From the NCBI GenBank assembly GCA_963739245.1, contig CAVTZP010000005.1:153314-217313 (forward strand): 64,000 nt of DNA. Reading direction: 5' to 3'. Under the pieces are notes generated by a model. It was not told where the DNA came from. It saw nothing but the letters and a program-made list of their open reading frames with translations, and made no database searches. Made by a program: the position numbers and the translations under genes. How positions within the stretch are numbered: the first letter of the stretch is position 1; each line of letters opens with the position of its first letter. Source of the DNA: an uncultured delta proteobacterium (GTDB taxonomy: Bacteria > Chloroflexota > Dehalococcoidia > Dehalococcoidales > BS750m-G39). Shown one piece after another: positions 45,403 through 55,206 of this stretch.

Positions 45403-46596
45403 TTATCGCTTGAGCAGCCCCACCACCCTATCCAGAATCTTATCCGCCACTTCTCTCTTGCTCATCAGGGGAAGTTTTTCTGTTTTGCCGTCGCGGCTAA
45501 TTATAGTCACTTTGTTGGTGTCAACGCCGAAGCCGCTTTCTTTGTCAGTAATATCATTGGCGACAATAAGGTCAAGCTGTTTCTTTTGCAGCTTTTTCTT
45601 GGCGTTGGCGACTACATCCTCGCTCTCGGCGGCAAAGCCAACCCGGAGAAAATCGCCCTTGACCTCGGTGATAATGTCCGGCGTCCTGACCAGCTCCAGA
45701 GTTAAGCTAGGGCTTTCTTTCTTAATCTTGGTCTTGGCCGTTGTTTTTGGCTGGTAGTCGGCGACAGCTGCCGCCATGATTAAGGCATCAGCCTTGGCTA
45801 CTGCCTTAGCCACCGCCGCCTTCATCTCAGCGGCAGTTCTTATCCGGATAACCTCCATGCCTGCCGGCTCAGGGAGGGAGGTGGGGGCGGTTATCAGGGT
45901 TACTTTAGCTCCCCTATCCCGGGCGGCTAGAGCTATGGCGTAGCCCATCTTGCCCGAGGAAGGGTTGCCAATATGGCGCGCCGGGTCAATGGGCTCCTGC
46001 GTGCCGCCGGCAGTAACTACCATTCGTTTACCCTTTAAGTCTCCGCTTCTACCCAGTACCTGCGTGATGGCGCCGATAATCTTGTCTGTATCAGCCAGGC
46101 GCCCCTTGCCGACCTTGCCCGAGGCCATCCGCCCATAACCAGGTTCAACAATAATAAAGCCTCGGGCTTTAAGCTTACTTAGGTTCTCCTGGGTGATGGT
46201 ATTGGCGAACATATTGACATCCATTGCCGGTGCCAGAATAACCGGGGCTTTGGTCGCCAGCACGGTTAGACTAATCATATCGTCGACGATGCCAACCGCC
46301 AGTTTAGCAATAAGAGACGCTGTGGCCGGGGCAATAACCACCACGTCAGCCACCTCACCCAGGGCGATGTGCTCAATACCGTGCTGGGAGGCTGTGTGAA
46401 ACATGTCAGTTACCACCGCCCGACCGGTAATGCTGCGGAGGGTGAGGGGGGTGATGAACCAGTTTGCCGGCTCGGTCATAACCACCTCAACCTTAGCCCC
46501 AGCTTGAATTAGCTCACTGGCGATGTCTGCCGCTTTATAGGCGGCAATACTACCTGTTATCCCCAGCACTATCGTTTTATTAGCTAGCATAAGCAC
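45403..46596 (-). CDS. coaBC: Bifunctional phosphopantothenoylcysteine decarboxylase / phosphopantothenate--cysteine ligase
   Basis: Flavoprotein N-domain (ITGSIAAYKA) and DFP C-domain (PIDPARHIGNPSSGKMG). Confidence 0.9.
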   Translation of the reverse strand: MLMLANKTIVLGITGSIAAYKAADIASELIQAGAKVEVVMTEPANWFITPLTLRSITGRAVVTDMFHTASQHGIEHIALGEVADVVVIAPATASLIAKLAVGIVDDMISLTVLATKAPVILAPAMDVNMFANTITQENLSKLKARGFIIVEPGYGRMASGKVGKGRLADTDKIIGAITQVLGRSGDLKGKRMVVTAGGTQEPIDPARHIGNPSSGKMGYAIALAARDRGAKVTLITAPTSLPEPAGMEVIRIRTAAEMKAAVAKAVAKADALIMAAAVADYQPKTTAKTKIKKESPSLTLELVRTPDIITEVKGDFLRVGFAAESEDVVANAKKKLQKKQLDLIVANDITDKESGFGVDTNKVTIISRDGKTEKLPLMSKREVADKILDRVVGLLKR

Positions 46597-46610
46597 CTCC
46601 CCATAACAAA

Positions 46611-46675
46611 CTCTAAATCCTAATTTCTAAATTCTAAACATTCAAATCGTTTAGGATTTAGGGTTTAGAATTTAG
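46611..46675. repeat. Imperfect hairpin built of CTAAATY heptads (module shared with 20628-20656)
   Basis: CTAAATCCTAATTTCTAAATTCTAAAC ... GTTTAGGATTTAGGGTTTAGAATTTAG. It fills the coaX-coaBC intergenic gap. Confidence 0.75.
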
Positions 46676-46685
46676 TATTTTCTCC

Positions 46686-47453
46686 TCAGGCTTCATTCAT
46701 CTGGTAGATGAGCCTTAGTCCAATTAGGGTCAGGCCGGGGTTTACCTCATCAAAGACCTTGGTTTCTTTAGCGATGAGGCTAGCGTAGCCGCCGGTAGCT
46801 ATCACCTTAGCCTTTTCCCCCAATTCCTTCTGGATACGGGCTACTATGCCCTCAACCAGTCCGACATAGCCAAAGATAATCCCTGATTGCATGGCGGCAA
46901 TAGTGTTGGTGCCGATAGCCCGCTTGGGGCGAGCTAGCTCCACTCTTGACAGCATTGACGTTCGGGTAAATAAAGCCTCAGCCCCCGCCATTATCCCCGG
47001 GGCAATCGCCCCTCCCAGATAGTCACCCTCTTTGGATACCGTGTCAAAGGTAGTGGCTGTGCCCAGGTCGGTGACGATTACCGGGCCACCGTAGAGGTGA
47101 TGGGCGGCCGCGGCGTTGACAATGCGGTCGGCACCCACCTCTCTGGGATTATCCATTCGGATGCGTACCCCCGTTTTTATCCCCGTCCCAACCACCAGCG
47201 GCGAGATATGAAAATAGCGTTTAAATAGCTCATCAAATGTAGATATTAGTGGCGGGACAACACTGCATAAGGCTATCGCCTTAATATCGGGTATGTCTAG
47301 ACCCTGCTGGCGCATCAGGTTAAGTAGTAGGGCGGCGTACTCATCGGCCATGCGGTGGATGTCAGTAGCTATATGCCAGGTGGCACGAAGCTCCTCGCCA
47401 TCAAAGACGCCGAAGGTGGTGTCAGTATTCCCGATATCAATGGTCAATAACAT
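46686..47453 (-). CDS. coaX: Type III pantothenate kinase
   Basis: LLTIDIGNT, VTDLGTATTFD and ATGGYA. Confidence 0.9.
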   Translation of the reverse strand: MLLTIDIGNTDTTFGVFDGEELRATWHIATDIHRMADEYAALLLNLMRQQGLDIPDIKAIALCSVVPPLISTFDELFKRYFHISPLVVGTGIKTGVRIRMDNPREVGADRIVNAAAAHHLYGGPVIVTDLGTATTFDTVSKEGDYLGGAIAPGIMAGAEALFTRTSMLSRVELARPKRAIGTNTIAAMQSGIIFGYVGLVEGIVARIQKELGEKAKVIATGGYASLIAKETKVFDEVNPGLTLIGLRLIYQMNEA

Positions 47454-47454
47454 T

Positions 47455-49014
47455 TTATCTTTCCTTCAACCCTTTAATAACCTGAGGCAGTTCCGGCAAA
47501 AGGTCGCTGGCAATCATACCGGCATCGCCAAGCCTAGCCCTGACCATCTCACCAGCCTCGGCATGGAGGTAAACACCACTGGCGGCGGCATCAAAAAGGG
47601 ATAGGCCCTGTGCCACCAGCCCGGCTATGGCTCCAGTTAACACATCACCGGTCCCGGCTGATGCCAGCCCGGGATTGGCGATAAGGCTAATCTTGACCTT
47701 ACCTTTCGGTGAGGCGATAACGGTATGGGCTCCTTTAAGGACGATTGTTTTGTGCCACCTTGCCGCCAAATTCTGGGCAACTCCCTCCCGGTCTGCCTGC
47801 ACTTCCTCCACTGTCATTCCCGCCAGCCTTGCCATTTCCCCGGGGTGGGGGGTAAGTATAGCATCGTTGGTTAGCCTTGTCCACCATTTTGGGGTATTGG
47901 CCAGGATGTTGAGGGCATCGGCATCAATAACCAGTGATGGCAATGCCTGTTTATGCCCACCAGTAAGAATGGACCTGACGAAGCTTGCTACCGACTGGCT
48001 CTGCCCCAGCCCACAGCCAATAAGCAGGACATTAAACTGGTCTAATTGCTGGAGTATCAGCTTGGCGGCTTCAGCCGAGATGATGCCAGGGTGAAATTCA
48101 GGTAAGGGGAGATAGGTTACCTCAGTTAACTTTGACGCCAGTATATGTTGCAGGCTGGTAGCTGTAGCCAGTGTTACCAATCCGGCCCCAACCCTTATGG
48201 CACCGCTGCAAGCTAAATAGGCGGCACCGATATAATTTATTGAGCCAGCCACCACCAGTACCCGGCCAAAGCTCCCTTTATTAGCTTGAAGCGGGCGCTC
48301 AGGAAGGACTGATTTAACCCACTCACCGGCGATATACTCTGCAGTTGCCTCCTCCACCAGCCGTGCCGGCATGCCAATATCAACCACGGTTATCCTGCCC
48401 ACCCTCTCCGCCCCGGGGAGTTTAAATAAGCCTGGCTTGGGAAAGCCAAGGGTTATAGTATAATCAGCATAGAGACAGCTAGGGTCTACCGCTCCGGTAT
48501 CAGCGTTAAGCCCCGAGGGCAAATCCAGGGCAATAATACACCAACCCCGGTGCTCCTTTTTGGCTCTATTTATCCTGTCCAATACCATCATGATAAGACC
48601 GCCAAAGCGGCGAGTAAGACCAGTGCCAAATAGAGCGTCAATAACGGCGTTAGCTGACGCCAGAAGCTCGTTAAGCCTGCCCAGATCTTCATCCTCAGCG
48701 GCATCAAGGCAAGTAACGCCGCGTTCCCGGACTAGTTTAAGTTTTGGGTCATCTTCCGGTCTCTGCCCAAGGAGGTAGATGGTGACCTTTGCCCCCCAGT
48801 CATGAAGATGGCGAGCGGCGACTAACCCGTCCCCGCCGTTATTACCGGGTCCAATCAGGAATAGAATGTGTTGCTGGTCAATATTGCCCAGGATGCGCCT
48901 CACCTCTTCCGCCACCGCTTTGCCGGCATTTTCCATAAGCACATCGGTGGTTAAACCAATCTCGGCGCAGCTTTCCTCCAAGTGGCGCATCTGGCTCGTG
49001 GTTAGAATTTTCAC
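47455..49014 (-). CDS. nnr: Bifunctional NAD(P)H-hydrate epimerase / ADP-dependent dehydratase
   Basis: YjeF-N domain (GPGNNGGDG) and a C-terminal carbohydrate kinase domain (GTGDVLTGAIAGL). Confidence 0.9.
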   Translation of the reverse strand: MKILTTSQMRHLEESCAEIGLTTDVLMENAGKAVAEEVRRILGNIDQQHILFLIGPGNNGGDGLVAARHLHDWGAKVTIYLLGQRPEDDPKLKLVRERGVTCLDAAEDEDLGRLNELLASANAVIDALFGTGLTRRFGGLIMMVLDRINRAKKEHRGWCIIALDLPSGLNADTGAVDPSCLYADYTITLGFPKPGLFKLPGAERVGRITVVDIGMPARLVEEATAEYIAGEWVKSVLPERPLQANKGSFGRVLVVAGSINYIGAAYLACSGAIRVGAGLVTLATATSLQHILASKLTEVTYLPLPEFHPGIISAEAAKLILQQLDQFNVLLIGCGLGQSQSVASFVRSILTGGHKQALPSLVIDADALNILANTPKWWTRLTNDAILTPHPGEMARLAGMTVEEVQADREGVAQNLAARWHKTIVLKGAHTVIASPKGKVKISLIANPGLASAGTGDVLTGAIAGLVAQGLSLFDAAASGVYLHAEAGEMVRARLGDAGMIASDLLPELPQVIKGLKER

Positions 49015-49046
49015 TTGCCCCCCTCAATTCCTCCCTCAATAAAAGG

Positions 49047-49811
49047 CTATCTTATCCAGACCGGTTTTCTCTTCTCCAGGAAGGCTTTCAGCCCCTCAAC
49101 GCTATTCTCTCCACCCATCACCACGGTAGCATCAACCCCGGTTACTTCCATAGCATTATGAAACTCAAGGTCAAAATTACGGTAGAGAGCCCGCCTTGCC
49201 TGGGTCAAAGCCAGCCCGCTATTAGCGGTAAACCGCTTGATAAATTCCTCGGTCGCCTTCTCAAACTCCTCCTCAGGGACGGCTTTGTTTATCAGACCAA
49301 TCCTCTCCGCTTCCTTAGCGCTAATACTGTCGCCGGATAGAATAAGCTCAAAAGCCTTTCGTCTGCCCATAAGCCTGGGGAAGAGGACCGAGGCCGGGGG
49401 TGGATAGACGCCAAGCTTAATCTCAGGCTGTCCCAGTTGCGCCTTTTCTGAGGCGATAGCCATATCACAGCCAGCCACTATCTCGCAACCCCCGCCCAGG
49501 GCAAGACCATTGACTACGGCAATAGTTGGCTTATCTACCCCTACTAGTGATATAAATAACTTGTGGAATACCTCAACCATTTTTGGTAGCTTCTCCCCAA
49601 GGTGGTCGCCAACAGCTACCCCGGCAGAAAAGGCTTTATTGCCGGCGCCGGTAATAACCACCACCTTTACCTCGTCATCCGTCCTTAGCTCGGCTAGGGC
49701 TTGGTTCATCTCTTCTAGGGTGTCAATATCCAGGATGTTTAACGGTGGCTTATTAATGATAATCTTTGCCACCCCATCCTTCTTCTCCAGCAGTATATTT
49801 TTAAAACTCAT
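49047..49811 (-). CDS. Enoyl-CoA hydratase/isomerase family protein
   Basis: Crotonase motifs (VVVITGAGNKAFSAGV, NGLALGGGCEIVAGCD). Confidence 0.85.
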   Translation of the reverse strand: MSFKNILLEKKDGVAKIIINKPPLNILDIDTLEEMNQALAELRTDDEVKVVVITGAGNKAFSAGVAVGDHLGEKLPKMVEVFHKLFISLVGVDKPTIAVVNGLALGGGCEIVAGCDMAIASEKAQLGQPEIKLGVYPPPASVLFPRLMGRRKAFELILSGDSISAKEAERIGLINKAVPEEEFEKATEEFIKRFTANSGLALTQARRALYRNFDLEFHNAMEVTGVDATVVMGGENSVEGLKAFLEKRKPVWIR

Positions 49812-49898
49812 TCTTCCCCCCTGTTTCTAGTGTTATCAATCTGAAGTGTAACAGTATCCTTAAATATGGTCAAGAGATTGTTATGTATGGAGAGTCAA

Positions 49899-49987
49899 AA
49901 GAGAGACGAAACCCCTCTCTAAAATCTCTTCCCCCTCTCCTTTTAAGGAGAGGGGGATAAAGGGGGTGAGGTTAATAAATAATCTCT
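49899..49987. repeat. Composite GC-rich hairpin element, copy E
   Basis: Hairpin CCCCCTCTCCTT/AAGGAGAGGGGG at 49931-49956. Tail GGGGGTGAGGTTAATAAATAATCTC at 49962-49986. CCCCTCTCTAAAATCTCTT is shared with copy B. Confidence 0.8.
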
Positions 49988-49991
49988 ATGG

Positions 49992-50470
49992 TCAACTTTT
50001 TACAAATTTCTTTAGCGTCTTGGTCATTGCCTGCCAGTGAGTTCCCCGCCAGTAGATGCGCTGGCAGGCGGGGCATTGCATAAACTGGCTTTGAGTTTGG
50101 TAGACATAGGGCGGCACCAGGTCTTTCACCTCCCCCTTATCTCTCTCCACCAGAACCTGATTGCACTCCAGACAGAGCGTGAACGGTCGGAACTGGAGTC
50201 CAGGTCTAAGGTGTCTATTACCTGGCGTATCTGTAGCTCGGGTTCATCACTCTGGATAAGGATAGCTTTGAGCTTTCCGCTGGTTATCACCCGCCGTTTC
50301 ATAATCTGGGTATCCCGGCTCAGTATCACCCTGCCTTCGGCTAAAGCTATGGCAACCAACTGGGAATCATTGCTGCCGTTAAACAACCGGCTATCATATC
50401 CCATGAGTCGCAACCATTTAGCTAGCTTTCCCACATTGCAGTCAGCTATGAACTTTGGAGCGTCTCTCAC
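49992..50470 (-). pseudogene. Mut7-C (PIN-like RNase plus zinc ribbon, DUF82) gene with a frameshift
   Basis: ORF 50126..50470 encodes the PIN-like part (FIADCNVGKLAKWLRLMGYD...). Another frame of the same strand continues PFTLCLECNQVLVERDKGEVKDLVPPYVYQTQSQFMQCPACQRIYWRGTHW...* and ends at 49992. The frames switch near 50185-50190. Confidence 0.65.
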
Positions 50471-50478
50471 CTTACCCT

Positions 50479-51249
50479 CTACAGGTTGAGCTGCATCCCT
50501 TCATAAGCAATGGTGATTGAACCACCCAATTCTTTTTCTACTGCCGCTATTTCTGCCGCTATCTCCTTCTCCAGAGGCGGGTTCATGTGAACTATCACTA
50601 CCTTGGGGAGGTAGCCTTTAAGTTCTCGGAAGCTGGTTAGCTCCTGCCCGAGCAGGCTCGGGGTGAGGTGTCCTCCCTCAGCCGCCCCCTCCTTATATTT
50701 ATCCGGGGCAGTAACCTCAATAATAAGTAATTGTGGTGAAACATGTTGCCAGCAGCTAGCCAGGCCCGGGCCGGTATCCCCGGTATAGAATACTGCCTTA
50801 CCATCAGGAGAGGTAACCTGGTAGCCAACGGCTGGGGTGCTGTGACTTACCGGGACAGCCAGGACGCTATAGCCCTCAATCAGCCCAGCTTTGTAGGGTT
50901 CTATTATACTGAACCTAAGTGTTGGGTTATGCCGAGGTCGCTGGTAGAAGTTGGGATAGAGCTTATCATCCAGTAGATGGGTGGTAACAATATCATATAC
51001 CTGTGGGGTAGAGTAAATAGTGATTCTGGCACCGTGGAGGAAAAGGTTCATGGCTATAGCCGGGATGTCCCTAACATGGTCATAGTGCTGGTGGGTGAGC
51101 AGGATTGCCTTTATTTTCTGCTGTGCCTCAAATGACAGGCTGGAGGTAATGGCACCGGCATCCACCGCCAGAACATCATCAATTAGTAGGCTGACGAGCT
51201 TTGTGCTTTGCGATTCGCAGTTATGTGCCCCCAGGAACTGGATATTCAT
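50479..51249 (-). CDS. MBL-fold metallo-hydrolase
   Basis: LTHQHYDH motif and downstream His/Asp ligand positions. Confidence 0.75.
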   Translation of the reverse strand: MNIQFLGAHNCESQSTKLVSLLIDDVLAVDAGAITSSLSFEAQQKIKAILLTHQHYDHVRDIPAIAMNLFLHGARITIYSTPQVYDIVTTHLLDDKLYPNFYQRPRHNPTLRFSIIEPYKAGLIEGYSVLAVPVSHSTPAVGYQVTSPDGKAVFYTGDTGPGLASCWQHVSPQLLIIEVTAPDKYKEGAAEGGHLTPSLLGQELTSFRELKGYLPKVVIVHMNPPLEKEIAAEIAAVEKELGGSITIAYEGMQLNL

Positions 51250-51264
51250 TGCTTTAGCCTTTTC

Positions 51265-51930
51265 TTAATTTGAAATGAGGAAGGGGTTGAAATTTGTCTC
51301 ATAGTCATAGGTATCAATTGCCTCTTTTTTCTTCAGGTAGTTCACCACGGCGTAGGTGAATGGGGTGGCGATGGTTTCAATGCCAGTCTTCGCCAGCCAG
51401 TGATACAAAATCATTATTATTACAAAGGAAGGGGTGCCGATGAAGGCAAGTGTAATGAATACTGCAGTGTCCAGCCCTTGCCCGACGATAGTGGAGCCGA
51501 TGGTTCTTGTCCACAGCCAGCGACCCCGGGTCAAAATCTTCATCTTGGCCAGGACAAAGGAATTAGCGAATTCACCGACAAGATAGCCGCCGAAGGAGGC
51601 GGCAAGTAGCCTCGGGGTGTAGCCCAAAATGGTTTCATAAGCCTCCTGTCCTCCCCAAAAAGGGGCTGGAGGCAGAAGCTGCCCTGCCCAGGCAAAGATG
51701 ACGAAGATGAGGTTACAGATGAAGCCAAGCCAGATTACCCTCCTCGCCCAGCGATAGCCATAGACCTCGGTGAGAATATCGCCAAAGATATAGCTAATGG
51801 GGAAGATGACGATGGCTGCCGGCAGAATGACAGGACCGACGCTTATTATCTTTACGGCAATGATATTGGCAGTAATGAGGCAGGTAATGAATACAGCGGT
51901 GATAATGACAAAGCGGTGCGAGACCTTCAT
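51265..51930 (-). CDS. yhhQ: Queuosine precursor transporter (YhhQ/VUT family)
   Basis: ITANIIAVKI...FPISYIFGDILTEVYGY is the family signature. Confidence 0.8.
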   Translation of the reverse strand: MKVSHRFVIITAVFITCLITANIIAVKIISVGPVILPAAIVIFPISYIFGDILTEVYGYRWARRVIWLGFICNLIFVIFAWAGQLLPPAPFWGGQEAYETILGYTPRLLAASFGGYLVGEFANSFVLAKMKILTRGRWLWTRTIGSTIVGQGLDTAVFITLAFIGTPSFVIIMILYHWLAKTGIETIATPFTYAVVNYLKKKEAIDTYDYETNFNPFLISN

Positions 51931-51932
51931 CT

Positions 51933-52922
51933 CTAAATCCAGCGCTTGCGGCGGAAGAAGTAGAGCATGCCTCCGGCTACACCAATCGATACAACCACCA
52001 TAGAAACGAAGACATAGGGGCTACCCCCAGGGTTAGCCCCCCAGGGTGTGGGAACATTCATTGACCACAAGCTTGAAATGACTATAAGTGGCAACATAAT
52101 GGCGCTTATGATAGTTAAGACACGCATGATTTGATTAATCCGGTCAGTGCCTAAAACATAATCGGCGTCCTTGAACACCTCAATGACCTCTTTGCACTCA
52201 TCCAGGGTATCCCAGATTTTGTTGAGATGGTCGGAGAGGTCACCAAAAAGGTCGCTCATATTCCTGGTAGTAAACTTCTGTAGCTTAACCTCCAACTCAG
52301 CAATGACTGTCCGCAGCGGCCAGATGATGCGCCTTTGGGCAATAATATCCCGCCGTAGCACGGCTACATCCCGGGCAGTCTCAGCCGCCTCATCAAAGAC
52401 GGCGTCCTCTACACTCTCTATCTGGCTCAAGATTTTATCCATGATGGGAAAGCAGTAGTCAACCAGGAGGTCAATGATGCGGTAGGCAAGGAGGGCGGAG
52501 CCCCTGCCCATAGCCCTCCGGCGCACCACAGTGTTGTCCTTGCACACCTCAAAAAGCTTGACCAAGGGGGTGAGTTCGCCGGCATGGACCGTGACCACAT
52601 ATTTTTTACCAATGAACATGGCAACCTGACTTGGTCTGGCTATCTGGATTTCTTTGTACCACTTGGGGAAGTGGAGAACCACGAAAAGGTAATCCTTATA
52701 TTCATCAATCTTGGGACGTTGCCTTCGGCTGAGGCAGTCATCCAAATCAAGCTGGTTAAAGGAGTAATTTTGCGCCAGATATTCCGTCTCCCGTTTTGCT
52801 GGGCGCTCAATATTGACCCAGGTCAGTCCCCGGTAGGTAATTAGCTCAACATTTAGCTGGCTTTCTTTCCTCACCTCTTGAGACGCCACTAATTTTTCTC
52901 TTTTCACCCTCGAGGTAACCAT
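51933..52922 (-). CDS. corA: CorA family magnesium/cobalt transporter
   Basis: Cytoplasmic funnel domain plus two C-terminal TM segments. The signature is the variant WSMNVP in place of YGMNF. Confidence 0.8.
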   Translation of the reverse strand: MVTSRVKREKLVASQEVRKESQLNVELITYRGLTWVNIERPAKRETEYLAQNYSFNQLDLDDCLSRRQRPKIDEYKDYLFVVLHFPKWYKEIQIARPSQVAMFIGKKYVVTVHAGELTPLVKLFEVCKDNTVVRRRAMGRGSALLAYRIIDLLVDYCFPIMDKILSQIESVEDAVFDEAAETARDVAVLRRDIIAQRRIIWPLRTVIAELEVKLQKFTTRNMSDLFGDLSDHLNKIWDTLDECKEVIEVFKDADYVLGTDRINQIMRVLTIISAIMLPLIVISSLWSMNVPTPWGANPGGSPYVFVSMVVVSIGVAGGMLYFFRRKRWI

Positions 52923-52988
52923 GAATTATCTCCCGAAAGCTGTTATCAAATCTTACCTTATTTTACCACAATCGTGGCTAAATAGCCT

Positions 52989-54269
52989 CTACCCTCTCTC
53001 CATAATAGTCGCCATTCCCTGGCCGCCACCGATGCACAGTGTTGCCAGACCCAGCTTATAGTTTTTGCGCATCATCTCGTGGATAAGGGTGACTATAATC
53101 CTGGCTCCAGTACAGCCTATAGGATGTCCCAGCGAGATTCCGCTGCCGTGAGAATTCACCTTCTCGTAATCAGAGCCAAGCTCTCTCATTACCCCTATTG
53201 CCTGAGAGGCGAAGGCTTCATTTAGTTCAATATAGTCTATAGCCTTAAGGCTAAGTCCAGCCAGCTTTAATGCCTTATTTGTTGCCGGGACTGCCCCCAG
53301 ACCCATATACGCCGGGTCAACACCGCCGGAGGCATAAGACCTGATAGTTACCATTGGCTTTAGCCCCAGCTCTTTTGCCTTTTCTGACGACATTATCACT
53401 AAGGCGGCAGCGCCATCAGTTATCCCTGAGGCGTTGCCTGCCGTTACTGACCCGTCCTTCTTGAATACTGGCGGTAGTTTGGCTAAAGCCTCTATAGAGG
53501 TCTCCCTGGGATGCTCGTCGGTGTCAAACAGTCTGACTTCCTTCCTCTCTCTAACCTCAACCGGGACTATCTCCGGCTTAAATGTGCCATCCTTTATCGC
53601 CGCCAGCGCCCGCTGGTTGCTTATCAGGGCAAGCTTATCCTGCTCCTCTCTGGTTATGCTAAGCTTCTCGGCGATGTTCTCTGACGTTAATCCCATATGA
53701 TAGTTATAGAATATCTCCCACAAGCCGTCGTAGACCATGCCGTCAACCAGCTCGGTGTTAAACATTCTGGCTCCCCATCTGGCGGCAGGCAAATAATAAG
53801 GGGCGAGGCTCATATTCTCCATGCCACCGGCAATAATAATTTCAGCATCGCCCGCCTTTATCGCCTGGGCAGCCAGGGCTACCGCCTTCATCCCCGAGGC
53901 GCAAATCTTGTTTATAGTGTAGGCGTTTGTCTCTTTGGGAATACCGGCGTATATCATTGCCTGACGGGCGGTGTTTTGTCCCTGACCGGCCGGGAGAACA
54001 TTGCCCATTATAACCTCGTCTATCCTCACCTCTTTTAGAGAGTCTTCCCAGTTGAAGTATTTCTTCTCCAGCTCAGTCAGGCCAGCACCCTTGAATACTT
54101 GAGGGGCATAGCTCAGCACCTCGGCGTCTGGTTTCGGGCGTAGCCCCGCCCTCTTTAGTGCCTCCTTGATGACAAGGCTGCCCAGTTTCACTACCGGCAT
54201 ATCCCGCAGCGCCCCGCCGTAATTGCCTATAGCCGTTCTTACCCCGCTAACAATTACCACCTCGGTCAT
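52989..54269 (-). CDS. Acetyl-CoA C-acetyltransferase (thiolase)
   Basis: Active-site context [10 protein letters not shown], with [20 protein letters not shown] and CIGGGQG. Confidence 0.9.
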   Translation of the reverse strand: MTEVVIVSGVRTAIGNYGGALRDMPVVKLGSLVIKEALKRAGLRPKPDAEVLSYAPQVFKGAGLTELEKKYFNWEDSLKEVRIDEVIMGNVLPAGQGQNTARQAMIYAGIPKETNAYTINKICASGMKAVALAAQAIKAGDAEIIIAGGMENMSLAPYYLPAARWGARMFNTELVDGMVYDGLWEIFYNYHMGLTSENIAEKLSITREEQDKLALISNQRALAAIKDGTFKPEIVPVEVRERKEVRLFDTDEHPRETSIEALAKLPPVFKKDGSVTAGNASGITDGAAALVIMSSEKAKELGLKPMVTIRSYASGGVDPAYMGLGAVPATNKALKLAGLSLKAIDYIELNEAFASQAIGVMRELGSDYEKVNSHGSGISLGHPIGCTGARIIVTLIHEMMRKNYKLGLATLCIGGGQGMATIMERG

Positions 54270-54331
54270 AGAATATCCTCCCTTTTCTAAGACGAGCTAC
54301 CTATTTCAGTCTGGCTAATTTATTCGGGATT

Positions 54332-55183
54332 TTACTTATACTCGTAGAACCCCTTACCCGTCTTGCGCCCTAGCCAGCCAGCGGCAACCATCTTGTCCAC
54401 CAGTGTCGGCGTAATATACCTCGGGTCCTTAAGCTGTTCATAGAGGGCATCAGAGACAAATTTGACCACATCTATTCCGACCATATCCGACAGGGTGAGC
54501 GGACCCATCGGGTAATTCAAGCCCAGCATTATGGCATTATCAATATCCTCCCGGCTGGCGACACCCTCCTCGTAGAGGCGAATAGAATGGAGAAGAAAGG
54601 GTATCCAGAGCCGGTTGACAATAAAGCCCGGCGCATCCTGAGCAATGACTGTGGTCTTGCCCAGAGACTGGCCAAATTTCTGGCTAAGCTCAACTACTGC
54701 ATCGCTGGTGGCGATAGTCTTCACGATTTCCAGCAGTTTCATCACTGGCGCCGGATTAAAGAAGTGCAATCCCACCACCTTGTCCGGCCTTTTGGTTACC
54801 ACCGCCATATCAATGATAGACAGGCAGGAAGTGTTGGTGGCCAGGATGGCATGTTTGGGACAGATTCCATCCAGCTCGGAGAATATCTTCTTCTTCAAGT
54901 CCATATTCTCGATGGCGGCTTCAATCACCAGGTCGCAGTCGGAGAAGTCCTTGGTACTGGTGGTGCCCTTAATGCGAGCTAGCGTGGCATCCTTATCCGG
55001 CTGGGAGAGCTTGCCCTTCTCCACACTCTTCGCCAGTACCTTATCAATCGACCCTATCCCCCGCTTCAAAAGCTCATCGTTTATCTCCGATACCACTACC
55101 TGATAGCCCGACTGAGCGCAGAGCTGAGCGATGCCAGCGCCCATAGATCCACAGCCGACTACACCGACCCTCTTAATTTCCAT
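54332..55183 (-). CDS. hbd: 3-hydroxybutyryl-CoA dehydrogenase
   Basis: VGVVGCGSMGAGIA Rossmann motif, HFFNPAP and GFIVNR. Confidence 0.9.
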   Translation of the reverse strand: MEIKRVGVVGCGSMGAGIAQLCAQSGYQVVVSEINDELLKRGIGSIDKVLAKSVEKGKLSQPDKDATLARIKGTTSTKDFSDCDLVIEAAIENMDLKKKIFSELDGICPKHAILATNTSCLSIIDMAVVTKRPDKVVGLHFFNPAPVMKLLEIVKTIATSDAVVELSQKFGQSLGKTTVIAQDAPGFIVNRLWIPFLLHSIRLYEEGVASREDIDNAIMLGLNYPMGPLTLSDMVGIDVVKFVSDALYEQLKDPRYITPTLVDKMVAAGWLGRKTGKGFYEYK

Positions 55184-55206
55184 AGTGCTCCTTAATGCTC
55201 CTTTCT

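Noticed and set aside
44735-45440. A possible fifth 3'-end duplication: the coaBC terminus (…AAGCGATAAGGAG) against the sequence after orf 44789 (…TCGCGATAAGAGG).
   Set aside because: Only an 8-nt core (GCGATAAG) is shared, which is not distinguishable from chance.
46649-46675. TTTAGGG-type telomere-like repeats (GTTTAGGATTTAGGGTTTAG).
   Set aside because: This is an internal chromosomal position between two co-oriented genes. The units are imperfect and form one arm of a hairpin, so the resemblance to plant-type telomere repeats is coincidental.
50037-50489. A 150-aa plus-strand ORF over the Mut7-C locus.
   Set aside because: It is antisense to two frames that together give a recognisable Mut7-C protein. 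Its own translation has no features.
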